The notes below the pieces were generated by a model, which saw nothing but the letters and a program-made list of their open reading frames with translations, was not told where the DNA came from and made no database searches. A program made the position numbers and the translations under genes. Of a DNA stretch of 64,000 nucleotides, positions 12,287-22,950 are shown piece by piece. Source of the DNA: a plasmid; sequence record NZ_CP110904.1, one strand, 5' to 3'. Each line of letters starts with the position of its first letter. The first letter of the stretch is position 1.

Positions 12287-12409
12287 CACACGAGTATTGA
12301 GCATAGTCGAGATTGGTGCAGATCACTTCTGATATTGAACTGTCAGGAGCTGGCTGCACAACAGCCATTACGCCCAATCAACTGGTGCAGTCGTCTTCTG
12401 AAAATGACA
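12287..12409 (-). repeat. 123-bp inverted copy of the IRt end abutting IS6100
   Basis: Reverse complement of 5962..6084, ending in GTGCAGTCGTCTTCTGAAAATGACA. Confidence 0.9.
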
Positions 12410-12451
12410 ATCCAGTTAGGGTATAGCTCAACCTGACATAGAAGCAAAAAC

Positions 12452-12757
12452 TCAACCACCTTCTACCAACTCTCCGAACAGCTCCTTGACCTTTGTTTTC
12501 GCATCAGCAAGTGCAGTTCTGCCTTGTTCAGTGATGTCATAAACACGCCGTTCACGTCGCCCGGTGCGTTCGTGGCGTGAGGTCAGATAGCCTTTTTTTT
12601 CCAGGCCGTGCAGCATCGGGTACACGGTGCCAGCGCTCATCTCGTAGCCGTGTCGGCGTAGCTCTTCGATGATCCCCAGCCCAAAGACAGGTTCCTCGGC
12701 TGCATGGTGAAGGATGTGCAGGCGGATCAAACCGCCGTAGAGGTCTTTGTCAGTCAT
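12452..12757 (-). CDS. padR: PadR-family transcriptional regulator (chrA-associated)
   Basis: 101 aa, winged-HTH PadR-like sequence. Confidence 0.85.
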   Translation of the reverse strand: MTDKDLYGGLIRLHILHHAAEEPVFGLGIIEELRRHGYEMSAGTVYPMLHGLEKKGYLTSRHERTGRRERRVYDITEQGRTALADAKTKVKELFGELVEGG

Positions 12758-12767
12758 TTTTTGTGCC

Positions 12768-13973
12768 TCACAGAGCGACGCTCAACAGCCACCCAGCTGC
12801 ACCGCTACCGAGGACAACCAGCCACGGCGGGAGCTTCCAGAACATAAGTGCGACAAGGGCAACTAATGCCAAGCCGAAGTCTTGCGGCTGAAAGATGGCG
12901 CTAGTCCATACAGGCTGATACAGCGCGGCCAGCAGCAAGCCGACTACAGCGGCATTGATCCCGGCCAGCGCAGCTTGGATGCCTGTATTGCGGCGCAAAC
13001 GCTCCCAAAATGGCATTGATCCGACGACCAGCAAGAACGAGGGCGCGAAGATAGCCAGCAGACACACAATGCCGCCGATCCAGCCCGACGGGGCGGTGTT
13101 CATCGAGGCACCAAGAAACGCGGCGAACGTGAACAAAGGGCCGGGCACCGCTTGAGCTGCCCCGTACCCCGCGAGAAAGGATTCATTGTTGACCCAGCCG
13201 GAGGGCACCACTTCGGCTTGCAGTAATGGCAGCACAACGTGACCACCGCCGAACACCAGTGATCCGACACGATAGAAGGAATCCACCATTGCCATGGTTT
13301 GACTTGGCATCAGTTCGGCCAACACCGGCAGGCCAATCAGCAAGACAAAGAACAGCGAGAGCCAAAGCACGCCGGCCCGGTGACTGACCGTGATAGGTAG
13401 GGGGTCATGCTCAACAACTTTCGCTGGCTTGAACAATAACCGGCCTGCGATGCCTGCGATAGCAATCACGCCAACCTGTCCCCACGCGGACGGCACAAGT
13501 AAAACGACGCAGGTAGCAATTGCCATGATGGTGACTCGCAGCCCATCCGTGCATAGGTTACGCGCCATGCCCCATACTGCTTGAGCGACCACGGCCACAG
13601 CCACCACTTTTAAGCCATGCAACGCGCCCTGCGAGACGTAATCGCCATAGCTGGAGATGCCGAGCGCAAAAAGGATCAAGGCTATGGCAGACGGCAGCGT
13701 GAAGCCAGCCCAAGCAGCCAGCGCCCCGCTGTATCCAGCCCGAGACAGTCCTACCGCTATGCCGACCTGGCTGCTTGCAGGCCCTGGCAAGAACTGACAA
13801 AGCGCGACCAAGTCAGCATAGCTCCGTTCGGAGAGCCAGCGCCGCCGTGTGACAAATTCGGCGCGGAAGTAGCCCAAGTGCGCAATGGGGCCGCCAAAAG
13901 ATGTCAATCCAAGCCGCAGAAAAATAAGAAAGACCGACCATGGTCTGCTGTCATCGGTAGGGTTATTCGTCAT
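12768..13973 (-). CDS. chrA: ChrA chromate efflux transporter
   Basis: 401 aa polytopic CHR-family transporter. Confidence 0.9.
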   Translation of the reverse strand: MTNNPTDDSRPWSVFLIFLRLGLTSFGGPIAHLGYFRAEFVTRRRWLSERSYADLVALCQFLPGPASSQVGIAVGLSRAGYSGALAAWAGFTLPSAIALILFALGISSYGDYVSQGALHGLKVVAVAVVAQAVWGMARNLCTDGLRVTIMAIATCVVLLVPSAWGQVGVIAIAGIAGRLLFKPAKVVEHDPLPITVSHRAGVLWLSLFFVLLIGLPVLAELMPSQTMAMVDSFYRVGSLVFGGGHVVLPLLQAEVVPSGWVNNESFLAGYGAAQAVPGPLFTFAAFLGASMNTAPSGWIGGIVCLLAIFAPSFLLVVGSMPFWERLRRNTGIQAALAGINAAVVGLLLAALYQPVWTSAIFQPQDFGLALVALVALMFWKLPPWLVVLGSGAAGWLLSVAL

Positions 13974-14128
13974 ACTTTCGCCTTCATGATCTGCAACGAG
14001 TTGATCAATAATAAGCGAAATTCGATAACGAAATTCGATATAAATCTAGAAAAAAATACCTCTATGTGTACTACGCAGTTTTAGCTGTGGCTTTCACAGG
14101 AGCACGCTTACTTACGGCTTAGCGTGCT

Positions 14129-14332
14129 TTATTTTCCGTTTTCTGAGGCGATCCCTAGGAGCTCGGATCTCAGGACGAAGGTCTCCGCGAATGTCCGGTC
14201 GATCCGCGCGACGTCCCAGGCGGGCGTTCCCTTGGCGGACATCCACGCCGCAGCGTCGTGCATCAGCCGCACAACCTCGTCGATATCACCCGAGCAGGCG
14301 ACCCGAACGTTCGGAGGCTCCTCGCTGTCCAT
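14129..14332 (-). pseudogene. orf5: orf5 (GNAT-like) remnant of the integron 3'-conserved segment
   Basis: MDSEEPPNVRVACSGDIDEVVRLMHDAAAWM... corresponds to the orf5 N-terminus; only about 67 codons remain in frame. Confidence 0.75.
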
Positions 14333-14459
14333 TCGCTCCCCTGGCGCGGTATGAACCGCCGCCTCATAGTGCAGTTTGATCCTGACGAGCCCAGCATGTC
14401 TGCGCCCACCTTCGCGGAACCTGACCAGGGTCCGCTAGCGGGCGGCCGGAAGGTGAATG

Positions 14460-15299
14460 CTAGGCATGATCTAACCCTCGGTCTCTGGCGTCGCGACTGC
14501 GAAATTTCGCGAGGGTTTCCGAGAAGGTGATTGCGCTTCGCAGATCTCCAGGCGCGTGGGTGCGGACGTAGTCAGCGCCATTGCCGATCGCGTGAAGTTC
14601 CGCCGCAAGGCTCGCTGGACCCAGATCCTTTACAGGAAGGCCAACGGTGGCGCCCAAGAAGGATTTCCGCGACACCGAGACCAATAGCGGAAGCCCCAAC
14701 GCCGACTTCAGCTTTTGAAGGTTCGACAGCACGTACAGCGATGTTTCCGGTGCGGGGCTCAAGAAAAATCCCATCCCCGGATCGAGGATGAGCCGGTCGG
14801 CAGCGACCCCGCTCCGTCGCAAGGCGGAAACCCGCGCCTCGAAGAACCGCACAATCTCGTCGAGCGCGTCTTCGGGTCGAAGGTGACCGGTGCGGGTGGC
14901 GATGCCATCCCGCTGCGCTGAGTGCATAACCACCAGCCTGCAGTCCGCCTCAGCAATATCGGGATAGAGCGCAGGGTCAGGAAATCCTTGGATATCGTTC
15001 AGGTAGCCCACGCCGCGCTTGAGCGCATAGCGCTGGGTTTCCGGTTGGAAGCTGTCGATTGAAACACGGTGCATCTGATCGGACAGGGCGTCTAAGAGCG
15101 GCGCAATACGTCTGATCTCATCGGCCGGCGATACAGGCCTCGCGTCCGGATGGCTGGCGGCCGGTCCGACATCCACGACGTCTGATCCGACTCGCAGCAT
15201 TTCGATCGCCGCGGTGACAGCGCCGGCGGGGTCTAGCCGCCGGCTCTCATCGAAGAAGGAGTCCTCGGTGAGATTCAGAATGCCGAACACCGTCACCAT
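14460..15299 (-). CDS. sul1: Sul1 sulfonamide-resistant dihydropteroate synthase
   Basis: 279 aa [28 protein letters not shown]... Confidence 0.95.
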   Translation of the reverse strand: MVTVFGILNLTEDSFFDESRRLDPAGAVTAAIEMLRVGSDVVDVGPAASHPDARPVSPADEIRRIAPLLDALSDQMHRVSIDSFQPETQRYALKRGVGYLNDIQGFPDPALYPDIAEADCRLVVMHSAQRDGIATRTGHLRPEDALDEIVRFFEARVSALRRSGVAADRLILDPGMGFFLSPAPETSLYVLSNLQKLKSALGLPLLVSVSRKSFLGATVGLPVKDLGPASLAAELHAIGNGADYVRTHAPGDLRSAITFSETLAKFRSRDARDRGLDHA

Positions 15300-15640
15300 G
15301 GCGTCGGCCTCCGCAGCGACTTCCACGATGGGGATCGGGCGAGCAAAAAGGCAGCAATTATGAGCCCCATACCTACAAAGCCCCACGCATCAAGCTTTTG
15401 CCCATGAAGCAACCAGGCAATGGCTGTAATTATGACGACGCCGAGTCCCGACCAGACTGCATAAGCAACACCGACAGGGATGGATTTCAGAACCAGAGAA
15501 AGAAAATAAAATGCGATGCCATAACCGATTATGACAACGGCGGAAGGGGCAAGCTTAGTAAAGCCCTCGCTAGATTTTAATGCGGATGTTGCGATTACTT
15601 CGCCAACTATTGCGATAACAAGAAAAAGCCAGCCTTTCAT
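15293..15640 (-). CDS. qacEdelta1: QacEdelta1 truncated small multidrug resistance (SMR) efflux protein
   Basis: 115 aa [30 protein letters not shown]... Confidence 0.95.
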   Translation of the reverse strand: MKGWLFLVIAIVGEVIATSALKSSEGFTKLAPSAVVIIGYGIAFYFLSLVLKSIPVGVAYAVWSGLGVVIITAIAWLLHGQKLDAWGFVGMGLIIAAFLLARSPSWKSLRRPTPW

Positions 15641-15743
15641 GATATATCTCCCAATTTGTGTAGGGCTTATTATGCACGCTTAAAAATAATAAAAGCAGAC
15701 TTGACCTGATAGTTTGGCTGTGAGCAATTATGTGCTTAGTGCA

Positions 15744-15803
15744 TCTAACGCCGGAGTTAAGCCGCCGCGCGTAGCGCGGTCGGCTTGAACGAATTGTTAG
15801 ACA
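15744..15803 (-). repeat. attC (59-be) of the aadA2 cassette
   Basis: Imperfect inverted repeat GTCTAACAATTCGTTCAAGCCGACC...GGCGTTAGAT immediately 3' of aadA2. Confidence 0.75.
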
Positions 15804-16595
15804 TCATTTACCAACTGACTTGATGATCTCGCCTTTCACAAAGCGAATAAATTCTTCCAAGTGATCTGCGCGTGAGGCCAAGTGATCTTCTTTTTGTCCC
15901 AGATAAGCTTGCTTAGCTTCAAGTAAGACGGGCTGATACTGGGCAGGTAGGCGTTTTATTGCCCAGTCGGCAGCGACATCCTTCGGCGCGATTTTGCCGG
16001 TTATTGCGCTGTACCAAATGCGGGACAACGTAAGCACTACATTTCGCTCATCGCCGGCCCAGTCGGGCTGCGAGTTCCATAGCTTCAAGGTTTCCCTCAG
16101 CGCCTCGAATAGATCCTGTTCAGGAACCGGGTCAAAGAATTCCTCCGCTGCCGGACCTACCAAGGCAACGCTATGTTCTCTTGCTTTTGTAAGCAGGATA
16201 GCTAGATCAATGTCGATCATGGCTGGCTCGAAGATACCCGCAAGAATGTCATTGCGCTGCCATTCTCCAAATTGCAGCTCGCGCTTAGCCGGATAACGCC
16301 ACGGGATGATGTCGTCATGCACGACAAGGGTGACTTCTATAGCGCGGAGCGTCTCGCTCTCGCCAGGGAAAGCCGAAGCCTCCATAAGATCATTGAGCAA
16401 TGCTCGCCGCGTCGTTTCATCAAGCTTTACGGCCACAGTAACCAACAAATCAATATCGCTGTATGGCTTCAGGCCGCCATCCACTGCGGAGCCGTACAAA
16501 TGCACGGCCAGCAACGTTGATTCCAGATGGCGCTCAATGACGCTTAGCACCTCTGATAGTTGGTTCGAAATTTCGATGGTCACCGCTTCCCTCAT
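15804..16595 (-). CDS. aadA2: AadA2 aminoglycoside (3'')(9) adenylyltransferase cassette
   Basis: 263 aa MREAVTIEISNQLSEVLSVIERHLESTLLAVHLYGSAVDGGLKPYSDIDLLV... Confidence 0.9.
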   Translation of the reverse strand: MREAVTIEISNQLSEVLSVIERHLESTLLAVHLYGSAVDGGLKPYSDIDLLVTVAVKLDETTRRALLNDLMEASAFPGESETLRAIEVTLVVHDDIIPWRYPAKRELQFGEWQRNDILAGIFEPAMIDIDLAILLTKAREHSVALVGPAAEEFFDPVPEQDLFEALRETLKLWNSQPDWAGDERNVVLTLSRIWYSAITGKIAPKDVAADWAIKRLPAQYQPVLLEAKQAYLGQKEDHLASRADHLEEFIRFVKGEIIKSVGK

Positions 16596-16600
16596 GATGT

Positions 16601-16891
16601 CTAACGGGCGAGGTAAGCCGACCGCAGAATGCGGGTCGGCTTGACCGAAATGTTAGAACCAGAAGCCAAAACGGATAACTTGAATTTGGCGACGGGCGCT
16701 AACCGTGAAAAAACGCTGCGCCACCGAGGCGGCACAGCACTGCAAAAACGATAGCTGCTTGCGCTTGCTACGCAAGGGCTAGAGGCCAAAAAGACTGAAA
16801 ACCTGCGCAGCCCATGCAGGCGAAGCCCGGAAAAAAGGCAAAACAGGCACTGAATAACGCCTGAAAAGCTAAATGCCGTTTGAATAAACAT
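16601..16891 (-). CDS. gcuF: gcuF/orfF gene cassette of unknown function; the ORF extends into its own attC
   Basis: Position between dfrA12 and aadA2 as in the common dfrA12-gcuF-aadA2 array; attC-like inverted repeat at about 16606..16665. Confidence 0.6.
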   Translation of the reverse strand: MFIQTAFSFSGVIQCLFCLFSGLRLHGLRRFSVFLASSPCVASASSYRFCSAVPPRWRSVFSRLAPVAKFKLSVLASGSNISVKPTRILRSAYLAR

Positions 16892-17002
16892 GAGCTAAAT
16901 AAAGCTGGGTTTCAGTGGTGCTAACGTTGGACGTAACGAGAGCCGGAGCGCAGCGGAGGGAACCAAAATGCGCAGCATTTTGGCGTCCCGTTGACGGAAT
17001 GG

Positions 17003-17500
17003 TTAGCCGTTTCGACGCGCATAAACGGAGTGGGTGTACGGAATTACAGCTTGAATGGTTTCGGTTGAGACAAGCTCGAATTCTGTTTCGTTGAGCATTG
17101 GGAAGAAGGCGTCACCCTCGAAGGTTTGATGTACCTCAGATAGAAACACGCCGTGGGCGTGAGGTAGTGCCAGAGTGTATATCTCAGCTCCGCCCGCGAC
17201 GTAGAGTTCATTGCCGAGTTCGGATGCCAAAGCGATAGCGTGCGACAGCGTTGAAACAACTACGCAGCCAGTGGCGCGGTAGTTAGCTTGGCGTGAGATT
17301 ACCAATGTGTGACGGTTCGGTAGAGGCTTGCCGATAGACTCAAAGGTCTTTCGCCCCATGACAACGACTTTTCCCTCAGTGAGTCTGCGAAAAATCTTCT
17401 GCTCACCCGGAATTTTCCAGGGGATATTAGGACCATTGCCAATAACCCGATTGGCTCCCATCGCAGCAACGAGATAAATGCGTACTGATTCCGAGTTCAT
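17003..17500 (-). CDS. dfrA12: DfrA12 trimethoprim-resistant dihydrofolate reductase cassette
   Basis: 165 aa MNSESVRIYLVAAMGANRVIGNGPNIPWKIPGEQKIF... Confidence 0.95.
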   Translation of the reverse strand: MNSESVRIYLVAAMGANRVIGNGPNIPWKIPGEQKIFRRLTEGKVVVMGRKTFESIGKPLPNRHTLVISRQANYRATGCVVVSTLSHAIALASELGNELYVAGGAEIYTLALPHAHGVFLSEVHQTFEGDAFFPMLNETEFELVSTETIQAVIPYTHSVYARRNG

Positions 17501-17512
17501 ATGGCTAACTTT

Positions 17513-17577
17513 GTTTTAGGGCGACTGCCCTGCTGCGTAACATCGTTGCTGCTCCATAACATCAAACATCGACCCAC
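17513..17577 (-). promoter_or_regulatory. attI1 integron attachment site
   Basis: GTCGCCCTAAAACAAAGTTAG (minus strand) directly upstream of the first cassette start. Confidence 0.7.
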
Positions 17578-17644
17578 GGCGTAACGCGCTTGCTGCTTGG
17601 ATGCCCGAGGCATAGACTGTACAAAAAAACAGTCATAACAAGCC

Positions 17645-18658
17645 ATGAAAACCGCCACTGCGCCGTTACCACCGCTGCGTTCGGTCAAGGTTCTGGACCA
17701 GTTGCGTGAGCGCATACGCTACTTGCATTACAGCTTACCAACCGAACAGGCTTATGTCCACTGGGTTCGTGCCTTCATCCGTTTCCACGGTGTGCGTCAC
17801 CCGGCAACCTTGGGCAGCAGCGAAGTCGAGGCATTTCTGTCCTGGCTGGCGAACGAGCGCAAGGTTTCGGTCTCCACGCATCGTCAGGCATTGGCGGCCT
17901 TGCTGTTCTTCTACGGCAAGGTGCTGTGCACGGATCTGCCCTGGCTTCAGGAGATCGGAAGACCTCGGCCGTCGCGGCGCTTGCCGGTGGTGCTGACCCC
18001 GGATGAAGTGGTTCGCATCCTCGGTTTTCTGGAAGGCGAGCATCGTTTGTTCGCCCAGCTTCTGTATGGAACGGGCATGCGGATCAGTGAGGGTTTGCAA
18101 CTGCGGGTCAAGGATCTGGATTTCGATCACGGCACGATCATCGTGCGGGAGGGCAAGGGCTCCAAGGATCGGGCCTTGATGTTACCCGAGAGCTTGGCAC
18201 CCAGCCTGCGCGAGCAGCTGTCGCGTGCACGGGCATGGTGGCTGAAGGACCAGGCCGAGGGCCGCAGCGGCGTTGCGCTTCCCGACGCCCTTGAGCGGAA
18301 GTATCCGCGCGCCGGGCATTCCTGGCCGTGGTTCTGGGTTTTTGCGCAGCACACGCATTCGACCGATCCACGGAGCGGTGTCGTGCGTCGCCATCACATG
18401 TATGACCAGACCTTTCAGCGCGCCTTCAAACGTGCCGTAGAACAAGCAGGCATCACGAAGCCCGCCACACCGCACACCCTCCGCCACTCGTTCGCGACGG
18501 CCTTGCTCCGCAGCGGTTACGACATTCGAACCGTGCAGGATCTGCTCGGCCATTCCGACGTCTCTACGACGATGATTTACACGCATGTGCTGAAAGTTGG
18601 CGGTGCCGGAGTGCGCTCACCGCTTGATGCGCTGCCGCCCCTCACTAGTGAGAGGTAG
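17645..18658 (+). CDS. intI1: IntI1 class 1 integron integrase
   Basis: 337 aa [41 protein letters not shown]... Confidence 0.97.
17732..17761 (-). promoter_or_regulatory. Cassette promoter Pc, PcW variant with TGN-extended -10 (inside intI1)
   Basis: Minus strand -35 TGGACA, 17-bp spacer, TGGTAAGCT (TGN + TAAGCT -10). Confidence 0.7.
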
Positions 18659-18835
18659 GGCAGCGCAAGTCAATCCTGGCGGATTCACTACCCCTGCGCG
18701 AAGGCCATCGGTGCCGCATCGAACGGCCGGTTGCGGAAAGTCCTCCCTGCGTCCGCTGATGGCCGGCAGCAGCCCGTCGTTGCCTGATGGATCCAACCCC
18801 TCCGCTGCTATAGTGCAGTCGGCTTCTGACGTTCA

Positions 18836-18860
18836 GTGCAGCCGTCTTCTGAAAACGACA
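18836..18860 (-). repeat. IRi of the class 1 integron
   Basis: GTGCAGCCGTCTTCTGAAAACGACA is the reverse complement of TGTCGTTTTCAGAAGACGGCTGCAC. Confidence 0.9.
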
Positions 18861-19211
18861 ATGGAGGTGGTAGCCGAGGGTGTGGAAACACCCGACTGCC
18901 TTGCGTGGTTGCGGCAGGCGGGTTGCGACACGGTGCAGGGTTTCCTGTTCGCCAGGCCGATGCCGGCGGCGGCCTTCGTCGGCTTCGTCAACCAATGGAG
19001 GAACACCACCATGAACGCCAATGAACCGAGCACCAGTTGCTGCGTGTGCTGCAAGGAAATCCCGCTCGATGCCGCCTTCACGCCGGAAGGGGCCGAGTAC
19101 GTGGAGCATTTCTGCGGGCTGGAGTGCTATCAGCGCTTCCAGGCGCGGGCCAGCACTGCGACCGAAACCAGCGTCAAACCGGACGCTTGTGATTCGCCGC
19201 CGTCAGGTTGA
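18861..19211 (+). CDS. tnpM: tnpM-like ORF (3' part of the urf2M frame separated by the integron insertion)
   Basis: [65 protein letters not shown]... immediately outside IRi as in Tn21; real expression is uncertain. Confidence 0.5.
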
Positions 19212-19386
19212 GGCATACCCTAACTTGATGTCAGGCAGGGCCGCGCCGCTTCGTCAGAATAGAGTCTGCTTTCCCATTTTTTGACACATGCCCGCGAAGG
19301 TTATAGATTTCAGCCTGACAGAAATGGGCTTTGAGGCACAACGGAACAGAAAGTGCACTTAAGCCGCCTTCAACCAAGGAGACATC
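19212..19386 (+). promoter_or_regulatory. res resolution site region with the tnpR promoter
   Basis: Intergenic region between tnpM and tnpR, at the position of res in Tn21-subgroup transposons. Confidence 0.55.
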
Positions 19387-19947
19387 GTGCAGGGGCACCG
19401 CATCGGCTACGTCCGGGTCAGCAGCTTTGACCAGAACCCGGAACGCCAGCTGGAACAAACCCAGGTGAGCAAGGTGTTCACCGACAAGGCATCGGGCAAG
19501 GACACCCAGCGCCCCCAGCTCGAAGCGCTGCTGAGCTTCGTCCGCGAAGGCGATACAGTGGTGGTGCACAGCATGGATCGGCTGGCCCGCAACCTCGATG
19601 ACCTGCGTCGCTTGGTACAGAAGCTGACTCAGCGCGGCGTGCGCATCGAGTTCCTGAAGGAGGGCCTGGTGTTCACTGGCGAGGACTCGCCGATGGCCAA
19701 CCTGATGCTGTCGGTGATGGGGGCCTTCGCTGAGTTCGAGCGCGCCCTGATCCGCGAGCGGCAGCGTGAGGGCATCGCCTTGGCCAAGCAGCGTGGCGCG
19801 TACCGGGGCCGCAAGAAAGCCCTGTCCGATGAGCAGGCTGCTACCCTGCGGCAGCGAGCGACGGCCGGCGAGCCCAAGGCGCAGCTTGCCCGCGAGTTCA
19901 ACATCAGCCGGGAAACCCTCTACCAGTACCTCCGCACGGACGACTGA
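19387..19947 (+). CDS. tnpR: TnpR resolvase (Tn21 subgroup), GTG start
   Basis: 186 aa serine recombinase, GYVRVSSFDQNPERQ catalytic motif. Confidence 0.95.
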   Translation: MQGHRIGYVRVSSFDQNPERQLEQTQVSKVFTDKASGKDTQRPQLEALLSFVREGDTVVVHSMDRLARNLDDLRRLVQKLTQRGVRIEFLKEGLVFTGEDSPMANLMLSVMGAFAEFERALIRERQREGIALAKQRGAYRGRKKALSDEQAATLRQRATAGEPKAQLAREFNISRETLYQYLRTDD

Positions 19948-19950
19948 CAC

Positions 19951-22917
19951 ATGCCGCGTCGCTTGATCCTCTCGGCCACGGAGCGGGACACCCTGCTTGC
20001 GCTGCCGGAAAGCCAGGATGACCTGATCCGCTACTACACCTTCAACGACTCCGACCTGTCGCTGATCCGCCAGCGACGCGGCGACGCCAACCGCCTCGGC
20101 TTCGCCGTGCAGCTCTGCCTGCTGCGCTACCCCGGTTACGCGCTGGGAACCGACAGCGAGCTGCCCGAGCCGGTCATCCTGTGGGTGGCGAAGCAAGTCC
20201 AGGCCGAGCCGGCGAGCTGGGCAAAGTACGGCGAGCGCGACGTGACCCGTCGCGAGCATGCCCAGGAACTGCGCACCTACCTGCAACTGGCCCCGTTCGG
20301 CCTGTCCGACTTCCGCGCCCTGGTGCGCGAGCTAACCGAGCTGGCCCAGCAGACCGACAAAGGCTTGCTGCTGGCCGGTCAGGCCCTGGAGAGCCTACGG
20401 CAGAAACGACGCATCCTGCCGGCGCTGAGCGTGATTGACCGGGCCTGCTCGGAAGCCATTGCGCGAGCCAATCGGCGGGTCTACCGCGCCCTGGTCGAAC
20501 CACTCACGGACTCGCATCGGGCCAAGCTGGACGAGCTGTTGAAGCTCAAGGCCGGCAGCAGCATCACCTGGTTGACCTGGCTGCGCCAGGCACCGCTGAA
20601 ACCCAACTCTCGGCACATGCTGGAACACATCGAGCGGCTGAAGACATTTCAGTTGGTGGACTTGCCCGAAGGCCTGGGCCGGCACATCCACCAGAACCGC
20701 CTGCTCAAGCTGGCCCGCGAGGGTGGGCAGATGACGCCCAAAGACCTCGGTAAGTTCGAGCCGCAGCGCCGCTACGCGACCCTGGCCGCCGTGGTGCTGG
20801 AGAGCACCGCGACCGTGATCGATGAGCTGGTCGATCTGCATGACCGCATCCTGGTCAAGCTGTTCAGCGGCGCGAAGCACAAGCATCAGCAGCAGTTCCA
20901 GAAGCAGGGCAAGGCGATCAACGACAAGGTGCGCCTGTACTCCAGGATCGGCCAGGCGCTGCTGGAAGCGAAGGAAAGCGGCAGCGACCCCTATGCCGCC
21001 ATCGAGGCGGTGATTCCCTGGGACGAGTTCACCGAGAGCGTCAGCGAGGCCGAGCTGCTGGCCCGGCCGGAAGGCTTCGACCACCTGCACCTGGTCGGCG
21101 AGAACTTCGCCACCCTGCGCCGTTACACGCCGGCCTTGCTGGAGGTGCTGGAACTGCGCGCCGCGCCGGCCGCGCAAGGCGTGCTGGCAGCCGTGCAGAC
21201 CCTGCGTGAGATGAACGCCGACAACCTGCGCAAGGTGCCGGCCGATGCACCCACGGCCTTCATCAAGCCGCGCTGGAAGCCGCTGGTGATCACCCCGGAA
21301 GGCCTCGACCGGAAATTCTACGAAATCTGCGCCCTGTCCGAGCTGAAGAACGCCCTGCGCTCCGGCGACATCTGGGTCAAGGGCTCGCGGCAGTTCCGCG
21401 ACTTCGACGACTACCTGCTGCCGGCCGAGAAGTTCGCCGCACTCAAGCGCGAGCAGGCCCTGCCCCTGGCGATCAACCCGAACAGCGACCAGTACCTGGA
21501 AGAGCGTTTGCAGCTGCTGGACGAGCAGTTGGCCACCGTCACCCGCCTGGCCAAGGACAACGAGCTGCCCGATGCCATCCTCACCGAGTCAGGGCTGAAA
21601 ATCACCCCGCTGGATGCGGCGGTGCCGGATCGGGCGCAGGCGCTGATCGACCAAACCAGCCAGTTACTGCCGCGCATCAAGATCACCGAACTGCTGATGG
21701 ACGTGGACGACTGGACGGGCTTCAGCCGCCACTTCACCCACTTGAAGGACGGGGCCGAGGCCAAAGACAGGACGTTGCTGCTGTCCGCAATCCTCGGTGA
21801 TGCGATCAACCTCGGGCTGACCAAGATGGCCGAGTCGAGCCCCGGCCTGACCTACGCCAAGCTGTCCTGGCTGCAAGCCTGGCACATCCGCGACGAAACC
21901 TATTCGGCGGCCTTGGCCGAGCTGGTCAACCACCAGTATCGCCACGCCTTTGCCGCCCACTGGGGCGACGGCACGACCTCATCCTCCGATGGCCAGCGCT
22001 TCCGCGCGGGTGGCCGGGGCGAGAGCACCGGGCACGTCAACCCGAAGTACGGTAGCGAGCCGGGACGGCTGTTCTATACCCATATCTCCGACCAGTACGC
22101 GCCGTTCAGCACCCGCGTGGTGAATGTCGGCGTCCGCGATTCCACCTATGTGCTCGACGGCCTGCTGTACCACGAGTCCGACCTGCGGATCGAGGAGCAC
22201 TACACCGACACGGCCGGCTTCACCGATCACGTCTTTGCCCTGATGCACCTGCTAGGCTTCCGCTTCGCGCCGCGCATCCGCGACCTCGGCGAAACCAAGC
22301 TGTACGTGCCGCAGGGCGTGCAAGCCTACCCGACGTTGCGCCCGCTGATCGGCGGCACCCTGAACATCAAGCACGTGCGTGCCCACTGGGACGACATCCT
22401 GCGCCTGGCCAGCTCGATCAAGCAGGGCACCGTCACCGCCTCGCTGATGCTGCGCAAGCTCGGCAGCTACCCGCGCCAGAACGGACTGGCCGTGGCCCTG
22501 CGCGAGCTGGGCCGGATCGAGCGCACGCTGTTCATCCTGGACTGGCTGCAAAGTGTTGAACTGCGCCGCCGCGTGCATGCCGGCCTGAACAAAGGTGAGG
22601 CGCGCAACTCGCTGGCCAGGGCGGTGTTCTTCAACCGCCTTGGGGAAATCAGGGATCGGAGCTTCGAGCAGCAGCGCTACCGGGCCAGCGGCCTCAACCT
22701 GGTGACGGCGGCTATCGTGCTGTGGAACACGGTGTACCTGGAACGCGCCACCCAGGGGTTGGTCGAGGCCGGCAAGCCGGTGGACGGCGAGCTGCTGCAA
22801 TTCCTGTCGCCGCTGGGCTGGGAGCACATCAACCTAACCGGCGATTACGTCTGGCGGCAGAGCCGCAGACTGGAAGACGGGAAGTTTCGGCCCTTACGGA
22901 TGCCCGGAAAACCTTAG
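19951..22917 (+). CDS. tnpA: TnpA transposase (Tn3 family, Tn21 subgroup)
   Basis: 988 aa [36 protein letters not shown]...; the stop lies inside the terminal IR. Confidence 0.97.
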   Translation: MPRRLILSATERDTLLALPESQDDLIRYYTFNDSDLSLIRQRRGDANRLGFAVQLCLLRYPGYALGTDSELPEPVILWVAKQVQAEPASWAKYGERDVTRREHAQELRTYLQLAPFGLSDFRALVRELTELAQQTDKGLLLAGQALESLRQKRRILPALSVIDRACSEAIARANRRVYRALVEPLTDSHRAKLDELLKLKAGSSITWLTWLRQAPLKPNSRHMLEHIERLKTFQLVDLPEGLGRHIHQNRLLKLAREGGQMTPKDLGKFEPQRRYATLAAVVLESTATVIDELVDLHDRILVKLFSGAKHKHQQQFQKQGKAINDKVRLYSRIGQALLEAKESGSDPYAAIEAVIPWDEFTESVSEAELLARPEGFDHLHLVGENFATLRRYTPALLEVLELRAAPAAQGVLAAVQTLREMNADNLRKVPADAPTAFIKPRWKPLVITPEGLDRKFYEICALSELKNALRSGDIWVKGSRQFRDFDDYLLPAEKFAALKREQALPLAINPNSDQYLEERLQLLDEQLATVTRLAKDNELPDAILTESGLKITPLDAAVPDRAQALIDQTSQLLPRIKITELLMDVDDWTGFSRHFTHLKDGAEAKDRTLLLSAILGDAINLGLTKMAESSPGLTYAKLSWLQAWHIRDETYSAALAELVNHQYRHAFAAHWGDGTTSSSDGQRFRAGGRGESTGHVNPKYGSEPGRLFYTHISDQYAPFSTRVVNVGVRDSTYVLDGLLYHESDLRIEEHYTDTAGFTDHVFALMHLLGFRFAPRIRDLGETKLYVPQGVQAYPTLRPLIGGTLNIKHVRAHWDDILRLASSIKQGTVTASLMLRKLGSYPRQNGLAVALRELGRIERTLFILDWLQSVELRRRVHAGLNKGEARNSLARAVFFNRLGEIRDRSFEQQRYRASGLNLVTAAIVLWNTVYLERATQGLVEAGKPVDGELLQFLSPLGWEHINLTGDYVWRQSRRLEDGKFRPLRMPGKP

Positions 22918-22950
22918 CGTACGATTTTTTCCGAATTCTGCGGGCTCCCC
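22913..22950 (-). repeat. Right 38-bp terminal IR of the Tn21-family transposon (Tn501/Tn1696-like sequence variant)
   Basis: Reverse complement reads GGGGAGCCCGCAGAATTCGGAAAAAATCGTACGCTAAG. Confidence 0.8.

Larger units (their letters stand above)
5962..18860 (-). mobile_element. Complex class 1 integron (Tn402-derived, In2/In4-like) bounded by IRt (5962) and IRi (18860), inserted in urf2
   Basis: 25-bp IRt and IRi at the ends; content runs from tniA-delta through the mph module, IS6100, chrA-padR, sul1 and the cassette array to intI1. Confidence 0.85.

Noticed and set aside
18597-19211. 204-aa plus-strand ORF running from intI1-proximal sequence through IRi into tnpM
   Set aside because: The frame crosses the integron IRi junction. 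Only the part outside IRi (18861 onward) is plausibly the tnpM remnant.
19231-21177. 351-aa and 260-aa minus-strand ORFs antisense to tnpR and tnpA
   Set aside because: Antisense to the Tn21-family transposase and resolvase genes; GC-driven spurious ORFs.
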